Positions 6,119 to 15,005 of a stretch of 20,430 bases of DNA are shown here, in pieces. Origin of the DNA: Gemmatimonadaceae bacterium. GTDB taxonomy: Bacteria; Gemmatimonadota; Gemmatimonadetes; Gemmatimonadales; Gemmatimonadaceae. Where the stretch lies: assembly GCA_044224875.1 (NCBI GenBank), contig JBGAJQ010000003.1, positions 180,628-201,057 on the forward strand, written 5' to 3'. Within the stretch, counting starts at the first letter, position 1, and the number at the start of each line of letters is the position of its first letter. Below the pieces are notes generated by a model. It saw only the letters and a list, made by a program, of their open reading frames with translations, was not told the origin of the DNA and did no database searches. Both the position numbers and the translations under genes were made by a program.

Positions 6119-8833
6119 ATGGTTTCGCACTCGGAGCGATGGTACGCGAGGCTCATGGCGCTCTACCCGCGTGACTTTCGTCAGCGGTTCGAACGTGACG
6201 CGTGCGACGTCTTTGCGGACCAGGTCCGCGACGCCCGGCGTATGGGGCGACGCCACGTGGTGAAGTTGTGGTTGAGGACGATCCCCGCCGCATTGAGTGC
6301 GGCGCTGTTGGAACACGTCGACGCGCTCCGCGATCGTCTGAGCGACGCGCCGAATGGACAATCCCCAAAAAAACCCGGAGACGGACCGATGCGGACCCTG
6401 CTGGCCGACCTGCGTTTTGCCATCCGGCTCCTTGGCAAGAGCCCGCTCTTTACGCTCGTCACCGTGGTGGTCATCGCGTTAGGCACTGGGGCGGTGACGA
6501 CCATCTATAGCGCCTTGAATGCGTTGGTGCTGCGCCCGCTGCCCGGTGTGGCGCAAGCCGACCGGGTGGTCGGGCTGGAATTCCGGCGGAAGGATGGGAG
6601 CCGGCAGATGACGGGCTCGCGCACACTCATCGACCAGCTGGCGGCTCGGCAGCACAGCTTCTCGGCGGTGGCAGGGTGGAATCGCGACAACGTCACGGTG
6701 TTCCCGGGGCGCGAGGGGATCGCCACGCCGGCGGTGATGGTGACGAGCCGGTATTTCGCCACGTTAGGCCTTTCGCCGGAACGGGGCCGGTTCTTCCTGG
6801 CGGCGGAAGACAGCGCTGTGGGGGCGCCCCCCGTCATGGTTGTCTCGCACGCCTTCTGGACCTCCAAACTCGGCAGCGACCCACAGATTGTGGGACGGAG
6901 CCTAATGGTCAACGGCACGGCATTCACGGTGATCGGCGTGACTCCACCCGAGTTCCTCGGCACCATGCCAATCGTGCCGGCGAACCTCTTCATCCCGCTG
7001 ACCATGGAGCCGCTGCTGTTTCCGGGACAGCCGCGACCGACGGACATCTGGATCCGCCCAGTGGCTCGACTCAAGGATGGCGTCACGCTGGAGCAGGCAG
7101 AGGGCGAGCTGACGGCGCTGATTCGCGAACGTTCGGCGGACGCCACGGAGTTGGAGGCCAACCGTCAGTGGGATCGCGTACGGCCGGCCATGCTCCGAGC
7201 CGTTCCCGAGGACGCGCGCGACGGCTTCCTCACCTTCATTTCCCTGTTGCTGGGCGCGGCTGGGCTGCTGATGTTGATCGCCAGCGTGAACGTCGGGAGT
7301 ATGCTCTCGGCGCGAGCCATCGCGCGCCGTCGAGAGATGGCCGTGCGCGCCGCGCTCGGTGCTGGCAGATGGCGACTGGTGCGCCAACTCCTGACGGAGA
7401 GTTTGGTGTTGTTCGTAGTGGGGGCCCTCGGCGGTGTCGCCATCGCCGTGGTCGCGACTGGGTTGCTCGAACAGCAGCGCATCGCCATTGCCCGCGACCT
7501 TGCCCTCGAGATTTCGCCGGATCCTCGAGCGTTCGTACTCGCGTTAGGTGTGGCGTTGGTCACTGGCGTCGGATTTGGGCTGGCGCCGGCGCTCCGCGCC
7601 GCGCGTCGTGACATCAACATTCAGCTGCGCACAGACACTTCGGGGAGCGGAGTGCGACGGACCTTCATGGCGAACGCGCTGATCACCGGGCAGCTTGCGT
7701 CGTCGCTGGTCCTACTGGTTTCGGCCGGGCTTTTTGTACGTGCCATCTCCGTCAGTAGCAACACGGACGTCGGCTTTAGCGCCGGCGGAGTGGCCACCGT
7801 CCAACTCGACCCGCAATCGTGGGGATACTCCGATGCCAGAGGTGCCACGTTCTACCGGGATCTGCAGCAGCACGTGACGGCGCTCCCCGGGGTGACGGCG
7901 TCGGCGTACAGCCTGGTGCTTCCCATGACGATGTCCGGGTCCGACGTGAGCATCCAGATCGACGGGCGCGATCAGGCGCCAGTCGTCGGTCGCCCGGTTG
8001 GCGAATCGGTCAAGTTGATGAACGTTGACGACCGGTACTTTGACGTCGTTCGCACGCCATTGACCAGCGGCCGAGCCTTCCTCACGTCGGACGACACATC
8101 GTCGGCTCCGGTGGCCATCGTCAGCGAGGCGTTGTCGAGGACGTACTGGCCACAGGGAGGCGCCCTGGGTCGGGCCTTCACCGCGCACGGCCGGCGGTAC
8201 ACGATCGTGGGCATTGCCCGGAATGCGAAGTACGAATCGATCGACGAGGTCCCGGCGTCTGTCGTGTACTTCTCGATTCGGCAGCAGGGACCGTCCTCCC
8301 GGTTCTTGATGGTGCGATCGAGTCAATCGACAGCTGCAATTGGGGAGGCCCTGGCGACGGCGGTGCGCACCATCGATCCGGCCATCCCCCGCCCGGTCGT
8401 CGTCGCCTTGGATGAGGCGAACGAGATCGCCGTGCTCCCGCAACGGATCGCGGCGATTGGCACGGGACTGTTCGGCGGCCTAGGGCTGATCATGGCAGCC
8501 GTCGGGCTCTACGGCATCATTTCCTATTCGGTCAATCGTCGAACACGGGAGATTGGTGTCCGTATGGCGCTCGGTGCCCGCCGCGCGGATGTGTTGGGTC
8601 TGGTAGTCGGCGAGGGGTTGCGTCTGACGGGAGTCGGCGTGGTCCTTGGGCTCGTCCTGGCGGTCGGAGCCACGCGCCTCCTGTCGAAGTTCCTCCTGAA
8701 CACCAATCCTCTGGACGCCCTGGCCTTTGGGGGGATGTCACTGCTCTTTGTAGTGGTGGCCCTCGTGGCGAGCTACGTCCCCGCACGCCGCGCCGCCAAG
8801 TCCGATCCCATGTCGGCCCTGCGCACGGACTGA
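6119..8833 (+). CDS. ABC transporter permease, duplicated MacB-PCD/FtsX architecture (ADOP-type)
   Basis: DLRFAIRLLGKSPLF, ALGTGAVTTIYS, RRREMAVRAALGAGRWRLVRQLLTES, RRTREIGVRMALGA, ASYVPARRAAKSDPMSALR. ATG abuts the padR stop (TAG ATG). Confidence 0.93.
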   Translation: MVSHSERWYARLMALYPRDFRQRFERDACDVFADQVRDARRMGRRHVVKLWLRTIPAALSAALLEHVDALRDRLSDAPNGQSPKKPGDGPMRTLLADLRFAIRLLGKSPLFTLVTVVVIALGTGAVTTIYSALNALVLRPLPGVAQADRVVGLEFRRKDGSRQMTGSRTLIDQLAARQHSFSAVAGWNRDNVTVFPGREGIATPAVMVTSRYFATLGLSPERGRFFLAAEDSAVGAPPVMVVSHAFWTSKLGSDPQIVGRSLMVNGTAFTVIGVTPPEFLGTMPIVPANLFIPLTMEPLLFPGQPRPTDIWIRPVARLKDGVTLEQAEGELTALIRERSADATELEANRQWDRVRPAMLRAVPEDARDGFLTFISLLLGAAGLLMLIASVNVGSMLSARAIARRREMAVRAALGAGRWRLVRQLLTESLVLFVVGALGGVAIAVVATGLLEQQRIAIARDLALEISPDPRAFVLALGVALVTGVGFGLAPALRAARRDINIQLRTDTSGSGVRRTFMANALITGQLASSLVLLVSAGLFVRAISVSSNTDVGFSAGGVATVQLDPQSWGYSDARGATFYRDLQQHVTALPGVTASAYSLVLPMTMSGSDVSIQIDGRDQAPVVGRPVGESVKLMNVDDRYFDVVRTPLTSGRAFLTSDDTSSAPVAIVSEALSRTYWPQGGALGRAFTAHGRRYTIVGIARNAKYESIDEVPASVVYFSIRQQGPSSRFLMVRSSQSTAAIGEALATAVRTIDPAIPRPVVVALDEANEIAVLPQRIAAIGTGLFGGLGLIMAAVGLYGIISYSVNRRTREIGVRMALGARRADVLGLVVGEGLRLTGVGVVLGLVLAVGATRLLSKFLLNTNPLDALAFGGMSLLFVVVALVASYVPARRAAKSDPMSALRTD

Positions 8834-8850
8834 CCAAGACACGAGCCGGG

Positions 8851-8891
8851 GCGTCCACGAGCGGTGAGAGTAGCCTCGCCGCCCGTGGCGC
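8851..8891. terminator. Long hairpin between convergent permease and M28 genes; candidate bidirectional terminator
   Basis: GCG-T-CCACG-A-GCGG-T-GAG (8851-8868) pairs with CTC-G-CCGC-C-CGTGG-CGC (8875-8891); 6-nt loop; no U-tract. Confidence 0.5.
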
Positions 8892-8900
8892 GCTGGCGAA

Positions 8901-10469
8901 CTACTGTACGCCGGTTGGCTTGGGCCGTGTTGTGCGGTTGCCCACCGCGATCCCTGTGCGAAGGATCAGGTCACCGACGTGCGCCATCTTGTCGTAATCG
9001 ATCAGGCTTGGCTCGTCGCTCACCTTGTGATACTGCGGATGCAGTCCGGTGGTGAAGAAGACGATGGGCACTCCCTTGCGCGCGTAGTTGTAGTGATCGC
9101 TGCGATAGTAGATGCGCTCGGGGTGCGTCGTGGTGTCCCATTCCCGGTCGAAGACAAATGGGTGCGGGCTGGCGGCATTCACCGAGTCGACGACGGCGCC
9201 CAGCACCGTGCTCTGGCCATTCGGTGCCGCGCCAGGTCCAACGATATACAACGAATCCGGGTTGTTGCGGCCGATCATGTCGGCATTCAGCTGCGCGACT
9301 ATCGAGTCGATCGGCACCGTGGGATGCGTGGTGAAGACCTCCGACCCAAAGAGTCCCTTCTCCTCGCCCACGTGCCAGATGAACAGGGCCGAACGCTTCG
9401 GTCGCGGGCCAGCCAGCCAGGCACGCGCCATCGCCAGCTGCGTCACGCTGCCGGAGCCGTCATCGTCCGCCCCGTTGGCAATACTGTCCCCCGACACGCC
9501 ATGCTGGATGCCGATGTGGTCATAGTGTGCCCCGAACGCGACATAGGTGTTCTTGAGCGCAGGATCCGACCCGCGCGCGATGCCTACGACGTTGTACCCG
9601 TTGAGCGACGACGTCTGTTCGTTGTAACTGGCCGTGAACTTCCTTCCTGCCGGAAATTGTGCCGCCTGGTCGCTGGGCCATCCAGTGGGAAGGAATGGGC
9701 TGCCATCCTCCAGGCGGGCCACGGCGACCATTGGCAAGAGCCTGGGCTTTGACGCCGGAGAGGTCTTCGCACCGGTCTGCAAGGCAATCTGCGAACCAGA
9801 GAACTGGCCGGCCGCCAACAGGTACACGGAGTCCGGCAGGAGCAACAGGATGCCAGCAGGCTGGCGCGCGATCGGTAGCCCTATGCGATTGAACAGGTTC
9901 TGGGGGTTTTCCAGCTCCTTCTTCTTGTCAGCGCTCACACCCGGTGGTGCCGTCCCGACGAGCACCACGACTTTTCCCGTCAGGTTCAAACCGGCATAGT
10001 CGTCGCGGTTGAGTGCGCTGTCCACCAGCCCGTACCGGGCAAAGACCAGCTCAGCATCGACACTGTTTTTCGGTAACGGCGCGCCGGGGCCTAACGAAGC
10101 GAGAAACGAAATGTCCCGGCCCTGCGTCAGCGTCTTCGATCCCGTCGTGGTGGCCACGTTGATGGGCCCCGCCGTCACCAACGTTCGCTCCATGGGCACC
10201 CGCTGGAAGTACCCGCTATCCCCCCCAGGCTCGAGCCCGAGTTGCGCAAGGCGAACCGCAATCCACTCGGCCGCCTTTTGGGCGTACGGCGTGCCCGTTT
10301 CCCGCCCGCCAAACGAATCCGAAGCGAAGACGAACAAGTCGCGCCGCAGCTCGGCGGCGGTTGGTGAGGTCGCCGATGGCGCCGGCCGAGTAGAAGGCGT
10401 GGCGGCCGGCGCGCAGGCCGCGACCAGGATGAAAGCGAAGCCGGGACCCAAAGAAAGGCGTGACATCAC
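8901..10469 (-). CDS. M28 family metallopeptidase with PA domain, probable lipoprotein
   Basis: GAHYDH, NGADDDGSG, GEEKGLFGS, LNADMIGR, RSDH, YHKVSD; lipobox LVAAC; PA insert (LVFARYG..DDYAGLNLTGKVVV). Start is GTG 10469 or ATG 10466. Confidence 0.93.
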   Translation of the reverse strand: MMSRLSLGPGFAFILVAACAPAATPSTRPAPSATSPTAAELRRDLFVFASDSFGGRETGTPYAQKAAEWIAVRLAQLGLEPGGDSGYFQRVPMERTLVTAGPINVATTTGSKTLTQGRDISFLASLGPGAPLPKNSVDAELVFARYGLVDSALNRDDYAGLNLTGKVVVLVGTAPPGVSADKKKELENPQNLFNRIGLPIARQPAGILLLLPDSVYLLAAGQFSGSQIALQTGAKTSPASKPRLLPMVAVARLEDGSPFLPTGWPSDQAAQFPAGRKFTASYNEQTSSLNGYNVVGIARGSDPALKNTYVAFGAHYDHIGIQHGVSGDSIANGADDDGSGSVTQLAMARAWLAGPRPKRSALFIWHVGEEKGLFGSEVFTTHPTVPIDSIVAQLNADMIGRNNPDSLYIVGPGAAPNGQSTVLGAVVDSVNAASPHPFVFDREWDTTTHPERIYYRSDHYNYARKGVPIVFFTTGLHPQYHKVSDEPSLIDYDKMAHVGDLILRTGIAVGNRTTRPKPTGVQ

Positions 10470-10566
10470 GAGAAGGCCACCGCGTGAGAGCGAGGTATGA
10501 GGAAGATTGGTGCCCCGGGTGAAGTGAAGCGCCCGGGGGGAAGCACAATCCGTGAACAGTATCGCC

Positions 10567-10580
10567 CGAACGCTCGTTCG
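10567..10580. promoter_or_regulatory. Palindrome CGAACG-CT-CGTTCG in the divergent intergenic region; candidate operator
   Basis: Perfect 6-bp arms; contains GAAC-N4-GTTC. Confidence 0.35.
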
Positions 10581-10785
10581 TCATGTTGGGTCGCTCGGCG
10601 GCGCGGCTTGGCCCGGACTGGCGCGCTGGGCGAACGGGGGCGCATCGTGTGCGGCGGGCGTCTCCGGCTCCAGAACTCCCGGGGCCTGGGCGCCATGCGT
10701 TCAGGCCGTTCGATGCACCTTGCCCAGACGCAGCGACGGCCCTACCGTCAGCCGCATTCTTCGGCGCTCCCCCTCCCAAACACCT

Positions 10786-12033
10786 ATGCGACGTACCGCG
10801 ATTCTTCTGGTGCTCATGGCCTATCACTCCGCGGCTGGCCAGTCCGGCGACCCCATGCTCGAGCGCGCACGTGCGCTCCATCGCGCGACGCCGATGATTG
10901 ACACACATAACGACCTTCCGGAGATGCTCCGCGGTCGGGTGCACAACGACCTGGCGAAGATGAACCCGGAGCAGACGCTCGACAGCATCGACACGGACTT
11001 GCCACGGCTGAAGGCGGGATTGGTCGGCGGCCAGTTCTGGGCCGCTTACGTGCCGGCGTCGTTCGTGAAGGGCGGCGGCGCAACCTATGCCTTGGAGCAG
11101 ATCGACGTCATCCATCGGATGATCGCGCAGTCTCCGTCGTTAGGCTACGCCACCACCGCCGACGAGATCGTGCAGCAGCATGCCAAGGGAAAGATCGCGT
11201 CGCTCATCGGCATCGAGGGCGGCTACGCCATAGAAAACTCGTTGGCCAACATCCGGATGTTCCACCAATTGGGCGTTCGGTACATGACGCTCACGCATGG
11301 TGGGAACACGGCGTGGGCCGATGCGGCCACCGAAGCCCCGGCACACGGTGGGCTCACGAAGTTTGGTGAAGCGGTCGTCCGTGAGATGAATCGCGTCGGG
11401 ATGATGGTCGACATCTCGCACGTATCCGACGGCACGATGTCAGACGCCATGCGCGTATCGGAAGCGCCGGTGATTTTTTCTCACTCGTCGGCGCGTGCCT
11501 TGGCCGACCATGCCCGCAACGTCCCCGACAGCATCCTCAAGCTCGTTCCGAAGAATGGCGGCATCGTGATGGTGAACATCTTCCCTGGTTTCGTGAACGC
11601 CAAGGCGGCGAAGCAGGCTGCGGGGGCACTCGACAAGGAGCGCGAATTCATGGCGATGTACCCCAACGACGCCAAGCGTGCCTCTCGAGAGTACGTGCAA
11701 TGGCTGAGCGACATGATGGAGCACATGGAATCGGGGACCCTGAGTGAAGTCGCCGATCACATCGACCACATCGTGAAAGTGGCCGGCATCGACCACGTTG
11801 GGTATGGCGCGGATTTCGGTTCGCTCACGAATCATCCAAAGGGCCTGGAGGATGTGTCGCGCTACCCCTACCTAACCGCCGAATTGCTCCGTCGTGGCTA
11901 CACGGACGCGCAGGTGAAGAAGATCATCGGCGAGAACTTCCTGCGCGTGATGCGCCAGGTGGAACAAGCGGCCGCACGGCTGCAACGTTCGCGGGGGCCC
12001 GGGGTCGAGCTCATCGAGGACCTTGATCGTTGA
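10786..12033 (+). CDS. Membrane dipeptidase (peptidase M19, renal dipeptidase family), secreted
   Basis: IDTHND, GGQFWAAY, GIEGG, GVRYMTLTH, VDISH, FSHS, RNVPD, HVGYGADF. ATG 10786 gives a signal peptide MRRTAILLVLMAYHSAAG; the ORF-track extension from 10552 looks spurious. Confidence 0.93.
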   Translation: MRRTAILLVLMAYHSAAGQSGDPMLERARALHRATPMIDTHNDLPEMLRGRVHNDLAKMNPEQTLDSIDTDLPRLKAGLVGGQFWAAYVPASFVKGGGATYALEQIDVIHRMIAQSPSLGYATTADEIVQQHAKGKIASLIGIEGGYAIENSLANIRMFHQLGVRYMTLTHGGNTAWADAATEAPAHGGLTKFGEAVVREMNRVGMMVDISHVSDGTMSDAMRVSEAPVIFSHSSARALADHARNVPDSILKLVPKNGGIVMVNIFPGFVNAKAAKQAAGALDKEREFMAMYPNDAKRASREYVQWLSDMMEHMESGTLSEVADHIDHIVKVAGIDHVGYGADFGSLTNHPKGLEDVSRYPYLTAELLRRGYTDAQVKKIIGENFLRVMRQVEQAAARLQRSRGPGVELIEDLDR

Positions 12034-12069
12034 CTCCGGACAGACACCCTAACGACCTGAGACTGAGAC

Positions 12070-12627
12070 ATGGCCGACACGATTGACGATTACATCGTCG
12101 AGTTTCCCACGAGTGTTCAAGCGATCCTGTCCACGTTGCGTGCGCGCATACGAAAGGACGCCCCAGAAGCGACGGAGCGCATGGCGTATGGCATTCCGAC
12201 GTTCTATCTGAACGGGAACCTGGTGCACTTCGCCGCCTTTGAGCGTCACATCGGATTCTACCCGACGCCCGGCGGGATCGTCGCCTTCGCCGAGCGTCTG
12301 AAGCGCTACCAAACGTCAAAGGGATCTGTGCAGTTTCCCATCGACGAGCCCCTCCCGTTCGAGCTGATCAGCGAGATCGTGGCCTTTCGCGTGCGTGAGA
12401 ACGTCGCAAGGTCCGGCGCGACGAAGAGCACGACGTCTGGCTCGAAAACCGGACGAGGCGGCGGAGCGAAGTCGGGGGGGAGCGCCAGACCAAAGGCAAG
12501 CGCGAAGGCAAAGCCAGCGCTTGGGAAGAAGGCCGCAAAGTCCACCACGAAGCCCCGCGCTGCGAAGCGGACCTCGGCAAGCAGAAAGCCGGCCGCCAAG
12601 GCACGTGGTCGCAAGGGAGGGACGTGA
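12070..12627 (+). CDS. DUF1801 (YdhG-like) protein with Lys/Ala/Arg-rich C-terminal tail
   Basis: TIDDYI..P....L..LR..I...AP.A.E.MAYGIPTF...LVHFAAF..HIGFYP...KGSVQFP..EPLP..LI pattern in residues 1-114, followed by a low-complexity basic tail. Confidence 0.88.
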   Translation: MADTIDDYIVEFPTSVQAILSTLRARIRKDAPEATERMAYGIPTFYLNGNLVHFAAFERHIGFYPTPGGIVAFAERLKRYQTSKGSVQFPIDEPLPFELISEIVAFRVRENVARSGATKSTTSGSKTGRGGGAKSGGSARPKASAKAKPALGKKAAKSTTKPRAAKRTSASRKPAAKARGRKGGT

Positions 12628-13478
12628 CGACTTGGAGACACCGCGTCCGCGCGGCACTGCTGGCCGTGCTATTGGCTGGCGCGCGCCACGGAAGCGCGCA
12701 GTCCACCGCAGGTCCGGTGGAGCGCCTAACCGTCGGTGAGACGTTCACGATTTCGTCGGCAACGCTCCGCGAGACGCGCCGCATCAATGTGTACTTGCCG
12801 CCAGCCTACACGGCCACGCCCGAAGCTCCCCTGCCGGTGCTCTACATGCCGGACGGCGGCATAGGGGAAGACTTCCTGCACGTCGCCGGGTTGGTGCAGG
12901 TGCTGACGGGAAACGGGACCATGCGACCGTTCATACTCGTGGGCATCGAAAACACGGAGCGGCGGCGCGACCTCACGGGGCCCACGGAGAATGCGGAAGA
13001 CCGCAAGATCGCACCGCGGGTGGGCGGCTCTGCGGCCTTTCGCACGTTCCTGAGGTTGGAGCTGATGCCAGCGATCCGCGGACGCTATCGAACGATGCCG
13101 GAAACCGCCATCGTGGGGGAGTCGCTGGCCGGCCTGTTCGTCGTTGAAACGTTCTTCCTTGAACCCGAGCTGTTCGACACCTACATCGCTTTCGATCCCA
13201 GCCTGTGGTGGAACTCGGGCGAGCTCGTCCATCGAGCGGGCGAACGCCTTGGCACGCGCGGCCAGCGCGCCCAGACGTTGTACCTGGCTTCCAGCAGCGA
13301 GCCAATCATGGAGCGCCTAACGCTGGAACTGTCCCGGGTTTTGACCGCTCGCGCGCCGCAGGGGCTGACCTGGCATCTCGAGCCGATGCCCGCGGAAACG
13401 CACGCCACGATCTACCATCCGGCGGCACTGAAGGCCTTTCGCGCGGTGTTCAGGCCCCTCACCGGCGAACCGCACTAG
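12624..13478 (+). CDS. Alpha/beta hydrolase, IroE/BesA-like putative esterase, secreted
   Basis: RRINVYLP, PVLYMPDG, ILVGIEN..RRRDLT, nucleophile elbow GESLAG, PSLWW, ETH. Signal peptide; GTGA overlap with the upstream stop; SD GGGAGG. Confidence 0.88.
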   Translation: MTTWRHRVRAALLAVLLAGARHGSAQSTAGPVERLTVGETFTISSATLRETRRINVYLPPAYTATPEAPLPVLYMPDGGIGEDFLHVAGLVQVLTGNGTMRPFILVGIENTERRRDLTGPTENAEDRKIAPRVGGSAAFRTFLRLELMPAIRGRYRTMPETAIVGESLAGLFVVETFFLEPELFDTYIAFDPSLWWNSGELVHRAGERLGTRGQRAQTLYLASSSEPIMERLTLELSRVLTARAPQGLTWHLEPMPAETHATIYHPAALKAFRAVFRPLTGEPH

Positions 13479-13576
13479 CCGGCACCGAGTCGGTCCGCGG
13501 GTCGAGCAGCGCCGTACGGCATGGCGCCCCACCGGGACCCCTCGTTAGGACTACGCGTGACTGCACCTTGCACGTG

Positions 13577-14893
13577 CTAGCGGTTGTACTCGGACAGCCA
13601 GTGGAATTGGCGCTCGGCAAGCTGGAAGTGCCGACTGGTGCGGCGCAAGTCGACATAGACGGAATCCGCGCGAATCTTCGTCCACAGGCGAATACCCGTC
13701 GTGTCGGCCAGCTCATAGCGCATGTCGAACAGGTAGGTGCTGTCGAAGGCGGTGCTCGTCTTCCAGACGGCGACGGTGCGTTTGGCCGTGTCTGCCTTGA
13801 AGCGAAAGTATCCACGTCGATAGCGCTGCCAGAACACGGTGTCGCGCGTCCCGACGCTTCCACCGCTGGCATTGTCGAAGATCACATCCCGCCACCGCAA
13901 GGAATCGGACACGAGGGGTGGTATGGTGTCGCCATTGACCGTGAAGCGCTGCACGTCGTAGACGCCAACCCGGAATGGCACGGCGGGCGCCTCATGACGC
14001 ATCGCCTGCCATCGTCCATACGTATCCCTGAAGGGGAGAATCAGGATCAACACGATCAACGTGCCCTTGGCGAGCAAACGAGCGATGTGTTGCCACGGCT
14101 GTGAGAACGGCGGCTCGTACGCGTTGGTGCCGGGTGCGCCCTGGTTGAACACCAGGAAGGTCGTCAGGCGCTTGGCATCCAGCACCAACAGGAAGACACA
14201 CGCAAACAGCAGGTGGCTGGCGAACAGCTTCACCGGTACGTCGTAGCTCATGTTGATCATCACGACGTTGATGAACGCTCCCGTCGCGGCGAACAGGCCA
14301 AGGGTGACCGTGCGGCGGAAGAGCAGCAGCAACCCAGCTACAGTCTCCATGATGCCCGAGAAGACCTGATACTTCGTGGAGTAGCCGATGAAGAGCCAGG
14401 AAAAGCGCATCGGCAGGAAGTCGCCGAGTGGTGTCGACAACTGGCTCAGGCTGGGGAACAGCATTTGCAGCGCGAAGATCTTGATGATGCCGTAGCTGAG
14501 GGCGAAGGTCGCGATGTAGTACCGGACAACCGTGCGCAGCCAATAGGCCAGACGATCGTAGCCCGGCCGCCTTCGGTCCAACACCGACCAAAGGATGCAG
14601 CTGACTGCGGCGAGCGAGAGGTAGAGCCAGAGCTGCGCCCAGGCCCACGAGGTATCGCCACTGCCGTTGACGGGAACCAAGGGGTCGCGGACGTGAAAGA
14701 ACGACTCGTTGCCAGCCCGCACTGCCCAGTCCACGCCGCGGTAGTACCAATCGGTGAGATTCCCAAGCAGCGGGATCCTCGCCACCCAGTTGAGCGGCGC
14801 GATCTGCAGGAGCAGGTACACGAAGAAGAAGCGAAAGAGCACCCGTTGCCATAGTGGCCAGGGATTGGGGCTCGAACGATCGCTCGCGTGCAT
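13577..14893 (-). CDS. Conserved multi-pass membrane protein, DoxX-like
   Basis: About 7 hydrophobic segments; YGIIKIFALQ, TPLGDFLPMRFSWLFIGYS..Y..FSG..E, INMSYDVPVK; soluble C-terminal domain. ATG 14893 preferred over 14932. Confidence 0.75.
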   Translation of the reverse strand: MHASDRSSPNPWPLWQRVLFRFFFVYLLLQIAPLNWVARIPLLGNLTDWYYRGVDWAVRAGNESFFHVRDPLVPVNGSGDTSWAWAQLWLYLSLAAVSCILWSVLDRRRPGYDRLAYWLRTVVRYYIATFALSYGIIKIFALQMLFPSLSQLSTPLGDFLPMRFSWLFIGYSTKYQVFSGIMETVAGLLLLFRRTVTLGLFAATGAFINVVMINMSYDVPVKLFASHLLFACVFLLVLDAKRLTTFLVFNQGAPGTNAYEPPFSQPWQHIARLLAKGTLIVLILILPFRDTYGRWQAMRHEAPAVPFRVGVYDVQRFTVNGDTIPPLVSDSLRWRDVIFDNASGGSVGTRDTVFWQRYRRGYFRFKADTAKRTVAVWKTSTAFDSTYLFDMRYELADTTGIRLWTKIRADSVYVDLRRTSRHFQLAERQFHWLSEYNR

Positions 14894-15005
14894 CGGTGTC
14901 GGCTCCGTTGAAGCTGGTGAGGGCATCCACACGCAATGAACCAGAGACCGGCGAACATATGCTGCGTCGTTTTGCTTCGCTACAACGGCGCCAAGGAGGA
15001 ATCTC

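Noticed and set aside
6367..6373. A_AAA_AAA potential slippery site or phase-variable tract in the permease
   Set aside because: Only 7 A, the reading frame is intact and I found no evident stimulatory structure; better explained as Lys-Lys or an initiation enhancer.
10552..10785. 78-codon N-terminal extension of the dipeptidase in the ORF track
   Set aside because: Low-complexity Ala/Gly/Arg sequence that would bury the signal peptide starting at ATG 10786.
12057..12068. Tandem CTGAGA CTGAGA before the DUF1801 start
   Set aside because: Two copies of a hexamer are within chance expectation.
13481..13494. GGCACCGAGTCGGT matches 14 nt of the SpCas9 tracrRNA/sgRNA 3' hairpin
   Set aside because: The flanks do not match the scaffold, and there is no cas gene or repeat array; a chance match in a convergent intergenic region.
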